Source of the DNA: an uncultured virus (IMG/VR IMGVR_UViG_3300008624_000520)
Taxonomy: Duplodnaviria > Heunggongvirae > Uroviricota > Caudoviricetes
Length of the DNA: 20,000 nt
Reading direction: 5' to 3' (one strand)
Virus record (IMG/VR): IMGVR_UViG_3300008624_000520
Coordinates: 52,100-72,099 of that record
Below are positions 15,209 to 20,000 of the stretch, one piece after another (position 1 is the first letter of the stretch; each line of letters opens with the position of its first letter). A model generated the notes under the pieces. It made no database searches. It saw only the letters and a program-made list of their open reading frames with translations, and was not told the origin of the DNA. The position numbers were made by a program, and so were the translations under genes.

Positions 15209-16370
15209 GTATCTCCTGTTCTTTAGTTGTATCCTCAGCAAGTTCTACTGTTGGATCAACCTTAGTGTACAAATCGATGAATGCTTCTTTAGTATCATCA
15301 TCAAATCTATTAACACAAAGTTGAACTGCTTTCTTTTTGTCTCCAAAAACTGCAAAAGCGTTAACGATGTGTTCCAATCTACGAGTTGAAATTAGCTCAT
15401 CAATAGCTCCTTCGTAGTAAGTTTTTCTTATTACGTCGGACCAAGTAACTAAGTGAGTTGCAAAACCTTCGTCTACATTATTCACTCTTTCCATTTTCTT
15501 GAGAACTATTTTCTTCTCCGTAGCCATTGTAGGGTACTCCTGCTCCACGGTAATTGCAAACCTTTCTAGGAATGCTTCGTCGAGTATGTTGGCACTTATG
15601 AACTTGCCATCATCTGATCCTCGACCTTTAGTATTGGCTGTTGCCACTATATTAAAGCCTGGAGCAGGAGTTACGGTTTCGCCTGTCTTCTTGTTGAAAT
15701 AAGGCTTCCCCTCAAGGATGGCTTGTAAGCACATCAACTTGTTTGAACCCCTATCGATTTCATCAAGGATAAGAACGGCGCCACGCTTCATAGCGGTGAG
15801 GACTGGGCCTTCTCTGTACACGACGTTACCGTCAACTAGAGTATTGCCACCAATTAAATCATCCTCATCAGTTTCAATACTTATGTTTACTCGTATGGCT
15901 TCTCTTTTAAGAGCTGCACATACTTGTTCTGCCATTGTGGTTTTACCATTACCTGATAACCCACTAATGAATATTGGATAAAACAAGTTGCCTTGTAATA
16001 CCTTTTTCAAATCTCTGTAAAAACCAAACGGTACGAATGTTTTATCTTTTCCAGGAATCAGGTCTTCAACTTCAACTTTAAGTTTAGCTTGGACAAGCTC
16101 TGCTGGGAGCTGTGTTTCAACTACTTCAAGTGGAACTCTAGGAGCTGCTACTGGAGCTGTTTGAACATTCAAACCTGAGCCTTGAAACATGGGTGCTAAA
16201 TTATAAACACCTCTGTCTACTTTAAAGGTTGGTTTGTTAATGAGCCAGGCTGGAAATCCTAAACCGATTTCAGTGGCTGTCTCTATGATTTGTTTACGGG
16301 TAAAAACACTTGTGCCATTGTCTTTGGCTTCTAGTGCCTCCTGTAATCTTTCTCTATCAACTTGTTTCAT
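15177..16370 (-). CDS. cobS: CobS-like/MoxR-type AAA+ ATPase
   Basis: Walker A GLSGNGKT, ETDEDDLIGG, Walker B LILDEID, ATANTKGRG, LDEAFLERF, ISTRRL. The symbol is the customary phage label; no cobalamin role is implied. Confidence 0.92.
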   Translation of the reverse strand: MKQVDRERLQEALEAKDNGTSVFTRKQIIETATEIGLGFPAWLINKPTFKVDRGVYNLAPMFQGSGLNVQTAPVAAPRVPLEVVETQLPAELVQAKLKVEVEDLIPGKDKTFVPFGFYRDLKKVLQGNLFYPIFISGLSGNGKTTMAEQVCAALKREAIRVNISIETDEDDLIGGNTLVDGNVVYREGPVLTAMKRGAVLILDEIDRGSNKLMCLQAILEGKPYFNKKTGETVTPAPGFNIVATANTKGRGSDDGKFISANILDEAFLERFAITVEQEYPTMATEKKIVLKKMERVNNVDEGFATHLVTWSDVIRKTYYEGAIDELISTRRLEHIVNAFAVFGDKKKAVQLCVNRFDDDTKEAFIDLYTKVDPTVELAEDTTKEQEIHEDFEIEDDE

Positions 16371-16407
16371 ATTAAAATCCTCACAATTTTTTATTTAATA
16401 TACCGTT

Positions 16408-16436
16408 ATTATGCACTCTCGTGAACCAAGAGTCAA
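16408..16436 (-). promoter_or_regulatory. Sigma70-type promoter upstream of cobS-like gene (family copy 3)
   Basis: TTGACT-cttggttcacgAGAGTg (17 nt)-CATAAT, with an A-tract upstream. Confidence 0.85.
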
Positions 16437-16453
16437 CCTTTTTTTCAAAAGAT

Positions 16454-18940
16454 TCATGCTACTAACTCTATGATTTTGTTAAGGAATAACCTTTGATTTG
16501 TTTTTCCTTTGTTAAAATTTCTAAATCCTCTCATCAAATCGCCTTTTTTATTGGATTTTACTTCCAATTCTTTGGTCTCAATCTTAAGATCATCTCTGCC
16601 TTTGATTAGGAATCTTTGATCAAATCCATATTTGTCTTCAACTATCATAAACTTGTTCTTCAAACAGTCCTTCCATTCATTTGAACACCATTCAAAAGAA
16701 GGGCTCCAATAGTGGTCTACGTCCATGCCATCCATCCAAACATTCTTATTCCACTCTTTCCAAAAGTGGTTTCTTTTGCCTTCAATAATGTGGAAGTTAA
16801 TCATTCTAGAACCTGTGGTTTGTTGGTACCACTCTAGTAATGTTGGAGTAGCAAATTCATTTCTTGAGTACCTCTCTGCCTTGGCTTCAATAACCACTGT
16901 TGCACTACCGTCTTTAATTGCTACCTTCTCATCGTAAATACTTTTACTTCTAGCTGAGACCTCTTTGTCGTCCCAACCTTTCCTGGTTATGTAACATAAG
17001 TTATCTGTTGCACCACCATCTGTTAAAAATATTGTGCTTAATATTTCAACATTATATCTTTTTCTAAATATTTTTGCCACTTCTTTACCAACAATAATTG
17101 CTGAGTTAAGAGGTGTGCTACCTAAAGCAAAGTGAGGATTCTTAATGTAACCCCAACACTCTCCATTGTCACCATAGTCATTGTAATATCTTCTGTGATC
17201 AAAGCCACACTTCATAACACTCAAATACTTCATTGCATTTATGTATTCGTTCTTTGAACACATGGAAGACAACATATGAACCAAGCAAAAACTGCTGTTA
17301 TCAACTATCATTTGACCGTCTTCCAGAGTTTCAATTGCTTCTTTTTGTTTTGTCCACCAGTGGTTTTTTCTATCTTCTTCAGTTAATCCTTTGTTACCTG
17401 CTGAGCTAAAACCATATACATCAAATGGAATGTTTACTTTCCTACAAAATGCTGCCACGTTCATCATTTGATCTATTGTTCCTGACATGTTTCTATACAT
17501 ACTTCCTGATAAGTCTACGAACATTAGGATACCGTGGTTTTTACCATCAGGTACTATTAAAGCCCTTTGGAATAAATCTTCTGTCAATTTGTAAGCCCAA
17601 AGCTTATCCTCATTTAACTTACCAATTTTGGCTATTGAGGACTTCTTATAAGCAGTTGCTGCTTTTCTAAGTTCAAATTGTTGTGCCATGCTATTAATAA
17701 TTGGAGTCTGTGTTCTGTTCCACTTCTCATATATCTTAGTAGCTACGTCATATACTTCATGACCTGGAATGTTTCTTTCTGTCCAGTGGCCGTCCTTATC
17801 TCTAGACGCTTGTTGTAATTCAATGGAAAGATCCCAATTATAAAGTTCATTCATTGGGACTATATAATCTTTTGGATCTAACTTAGGAGCTTTAACATAA
17901 ATTAAATCTGCTGCGTCTTGATCTACTAATGTTTTTTCATTATCTCTAAAAGCATTATCTGAAAATGATTCATTGTTGTCTAAAGCTTTTTGTAAATCAT
18001 CTAATTTTTCTTTAAGCTCTTGGTCTTTTTTGGCCTGTTCAGCTGCTGCTTTTTTGGCATCTTCTTCAGCCTGTCTTTCTTCAGGAGTTAGCTTCAACCA
18101 TCTTTGATATTCTTCTTCTTCCTTTTTAGCTCTTTCTTCTCGCTCTGCTTCTTCTCTGGCTTCTGCCTCTGCTTCAGTTTCTTCTCTGTCATATTCATCA
18201 GGGTCTATTGGGTTACCAAAACTGTCTGATTCTACTTCATTAATATCAGGCTTTGCCTCGTCATCCCCAGCTTGTGCTTCTCCGTTATCCACATCCTCAC
18301 TGGCTGAATCTGAGGCATCACCCTTAAATCTTTGTGGCATCATCTTTTCGATCATGCTTTCTAATTCGTCTTTCTTTTCATCTACATCTTTAGCATTAGC
18401 TGCAAACAATTCATTGGCTAAACGTTCAACGTCTTCCCAAGTCTCTGCTTTGGCAATCCTATCTACTAAATCTTTTTCTTCTGTAGTAAACTTGACACCC
18501 ATCATATGACCTACTTTATAATGTAAGTTCACTCTATCAATTAATGGGAGTTTGTTGATGTCTAAATCTTTTATTCCAAAAAAGTCTCCATCAACTAATT
18601 CTTTATAACCTTTGAAAAAGCTACTAACTAATCCAGGATATCTTTCTTTAACCTTACGTTCAATCCTTACGTCTTCTACTACGTTAAGAAAGTTTTTCTT
18701 AGCCCTGTCATCACATACTGCGTCATGCCATCCTTCAGCTGGTGTTTCATGTGCGTGTCCTACTTCATGGCCTATGAATAAGTCATAAAGTGAGGGTGAC
18801 ATTTTCTTCCAGAGTGGAAGGTATAAAGTTCTAGCCTTTACATCAAATGCTGCTGTTGGAGCTTTAGGATCATGTACTATTGAAATGTCTTCTGTTGCTA
18901 AACATTTTGCTAGTATTGATTTGGATTCTATTCTGTTCAA
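16454..18940 (-). CDS. Metallopeptidase-motif plus vWA domain protein (partner of the AAA+ ATPase), 828 aa
   Basis: HEVGH zinc motif, NVVEDVRIE, central acidic/coiled-coil linker, MIDAS DLSGS, STPL, LTDG. Confidence 0.88.
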   Translation of the reverse strand: MNRIESKSILAKCLATEDISIVHDPKAPTAAFDVKARTLYLPLWKKMSPSLYDLFIGHEVGHAHETPAEGWHDAVCDDRAKKNFLNVVEDVRIERKVKERYPGLVSSFFKGYKELVDGDFFGIKDLDINKLPLIDRVNLHYKVGHMMGVKFTTEEKDLVDRIAKAETWEDVERLANELFAANAKDVDEKKDELESMIEKMMPQRFKGDASDSASEDVDNGEAQAGDDEAKPDINEVESDSFGNPIDPDEYDREETEAEAEAREEAEREERAKKEEEEYQRWLKLTPEERQAEEDAKKAAAEQAKKDQELKEKLDDLQKALDNNESFSDNAFRDNEKTLVDQDAADLIYVKAPKLDPKDYIVPMNELYNWDLSIELQQASRDKDGHWTERNIPGHEVYDVATKIYEKWNRTQTPIINSMAQQFELRKAATAYKKSSIAKIGKLNEDKLWAYKLTEDLFQRALIVPDGKNHGILMFVDLSGSMYRNMSGTIDQMMNVAAFCRKVNIPFDVYGFSSAGNKGLTEEDRKNHWWTKQKEAIETLEDGQMIVDNSSFCLVHMLSSMCSKNEYINAMKYLSVMKCGFDHRRYYNDYGDNGECWGYIKNPHFALGSTPLNSAIIVGKEVAKIFRKRYNVEILSTIFLTDGGATDNLCYITRKGWDDKEVSARSKSIYDEKVAIKDGSATVVIEAKAERYSRNEFATPTLLEWYQQTTGSRMINFHIIEGKRNHFWKEWNKNVWMDGMDVDHYWSPSFEWCSNEWKDCLKNKFMIVEDKYGFDQRFLIKGRDDLKIETKELEVKSNKKGDLMRGFRNFNKGKTNQRLFLNKIIELVA

Positions 18941-18976
18941 TTAACTTTTCTCACTAAGTTATTTAATTTATATATG

Positions 18977-19006
18977 TATTATGCACTCTCGTGAACCAAG
19001 AGTCAA
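18977..19006. repeat. 30-bp exact direct repeat, identical to 16407-16436
   Basis: tattatgcactctcgtgaaccaagagtcaa occurs at both positions. Confidence 0.95.
18978..19006 (-). promoter_or_regulatory. Sigma70-type promoter upstream of the peptidase-vWA gene (family copy 4)
   Basis: TTGACT-N17-CATAAT, identical to copy 3. Confidence 0.85.
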
Positions 19007-19052
19007 GCACTTTTCCGGTAGATTTAGCAATCTTTTTGCTAAAATCAAGGAC

Positions 19053-20000
19053 TTAGATGCTTAAGTCAAAAGAAATGAGGAATTCTCGTCCGCCAGCAGC
19101 ATATTCTGGCAGAATTTCGAATTTTTTATTGAAAATGTCCCTGATCTGTAACCCTATCCTGTACCTGGGTCCTAGGTAGTAACCTAGAGTTAGGTCTAAG
19201 GTTGATACATCATCTATAGGCCGGTTGGCATAATCCAAACCCTTTTCAAACTCACCTATATAGACTATTCCATAGTCAATTTTGCCAAACGTATTTGAAT
19301 AACTTAGTTTGGTCTTATACTTGGGTGATTGAAGTTTATCTGTATCTGTATATTGAACTAATATACTATAATTTTCATATGATTTATTGAACTTAAACCC
19401 TGAGGATTCATAACTGCCTGTATTGATATATTGATAGTCAGCAAAATTAAAATCTATTCCGTCGCTAAACTCGTAATGCCAAATTGTAATGCCCTTCCAT
19501 CCTACTTCTAAACCTACACCCTTTTCAGGATTTAAAAGTGAATTAGGTTTAACCATTTGGTCTCCAAACCTTTCATATAAATTAGGAAGTCTATAACTAT
19601 TCCCTAATGAAAATCTAAAATCTTTTACTTCAACACCTGTTCTTATTGTTTGAGCGTCATCTTCGTAACGATATCCTATCCCAAATTTATATGGAACGAC
19701 AGATGTTCTTACTTTAGCTTCTTGTTCTTTAAACCAGTTAAAATAGACTCCTGTTCTCCAAGCCTGATATCTTGTAGGGACTGGAGATCTAAAATAGTAA
19801 TCATAATCTTCTTGTTGTGCTGTTACGCCTGTTAAGAAATTTTTATATTTGTACTTTGCGTCTGCAAATATACGAGAACTTTTAACACCCCAACCTGTAT
19901 TATGTTTTGCACTATTTAAATTGTATCCTAGGGTGAACCAATCATTCCTAATAGATATATCTGTTTTATAACCTGATTGATTACAATCATTATATTCTAT
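19053..20000 (-). CDS. TonB-dependent outer-membrane receptor, C-terminal beta-barrel part (5' end outside the window)
   Basis: The frame is open from 20000 to the stop at 19053, longer than the ORF track shows. It contains SLGNSYRLPNLYERFG...NSLLNPEKGVGLEVG, YINTG, IRDIFNKKFE and terminal GREFLISFDLSI, with alternating aromatic beta-strands. Confidence 0.85.
   Translation of the reverse strand: MEYNDCNQSGYKTDISIRNDWFTLGYNLNSAKHNTGWGVKSSRIFADAKYKYKNFLTGVTAQQEDYDYYFRSPVPTRYQAWRTGVYFNWFKEQEAKVRTSVVPYKFGIGYRYEDDAQTIRTGVEVKDFRFSLGNSYRLPNLYERFGDQMVKPNSLLNPEKGVGLEVGWKGITIWHYEFSDGIDFNFADYQYINTGSYESSGFKFNKSYENYSILVQYTDTDKLQSPKYKTKLSYSNTFGKIDYGIVYIGEFEKGLDYANRPIDDVSTLDLTLGYYLGPRYRIGLQIRDIFNKKFEILPEYAAGGREFLISFDLSI

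Noticed and set aside
18030..18200. Repetitive ttc/gcttc-rich DNA
   Set aside because: Encodes the Glu/Ala/Lys-rich linker of the vWA protein; not a tandem array or CRISPR.
806..19835. All plus-strand ORFs in the track (e.g. 13566-14207, 5453-5863) and nested minus ORFs 4122-4376 and 5563-5787
   Set aside because: They are shadows of well-supported minus-strand genes and have no recognisable motifs.
15177..20000. A cobalamin pathway made of cobS-like, vWA (CobT-like) and a BtuB-like receptor
   Set aside because: The phage cobS label reflects AAA+ family similarity only; no cobN or other cob genes are in the window and the receptor's substrate is unknown.

Overview
A 20-kb segment of an AT-rich T4-like myovirus genome (marine-type gene content). 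Every credible gene is on the minus strand. It holds the core replication module in the usual order (sliding clamp gp45, clamp loader gp44/gp62, regA, hsp20, DNA polymerase gp43, uvsX), preceded by a metallopeptidase-vWA/CobS-like AAA+ pair. Accessory genes are interleaved: a TonB-dependent receptor (partial), a non-canonical enoyl-CoA hydratase, an SGNH-like protein, a peroxiredoxin, a radical SAM protein, a 2OG-Fe(II) oxygenase, a methyltransferase and a truncated UDP-glucose dehydrogenase. Reading the raw sequence also shows four things absent from the ORF track: (1) four related sigma70-type promoters with a conserved, partly dyad-symmetric spacer, two of them an identical 30-bp repeat; (2) several TATAAATA late promoters; (3) a ~190-nt structured region and a ROSE-like hairpin upstream of hsp20; (4) four small translationally coupled membrane/lipoprotein ORFs. 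All functional calls come from motif recognition by eye; no database searches were run.
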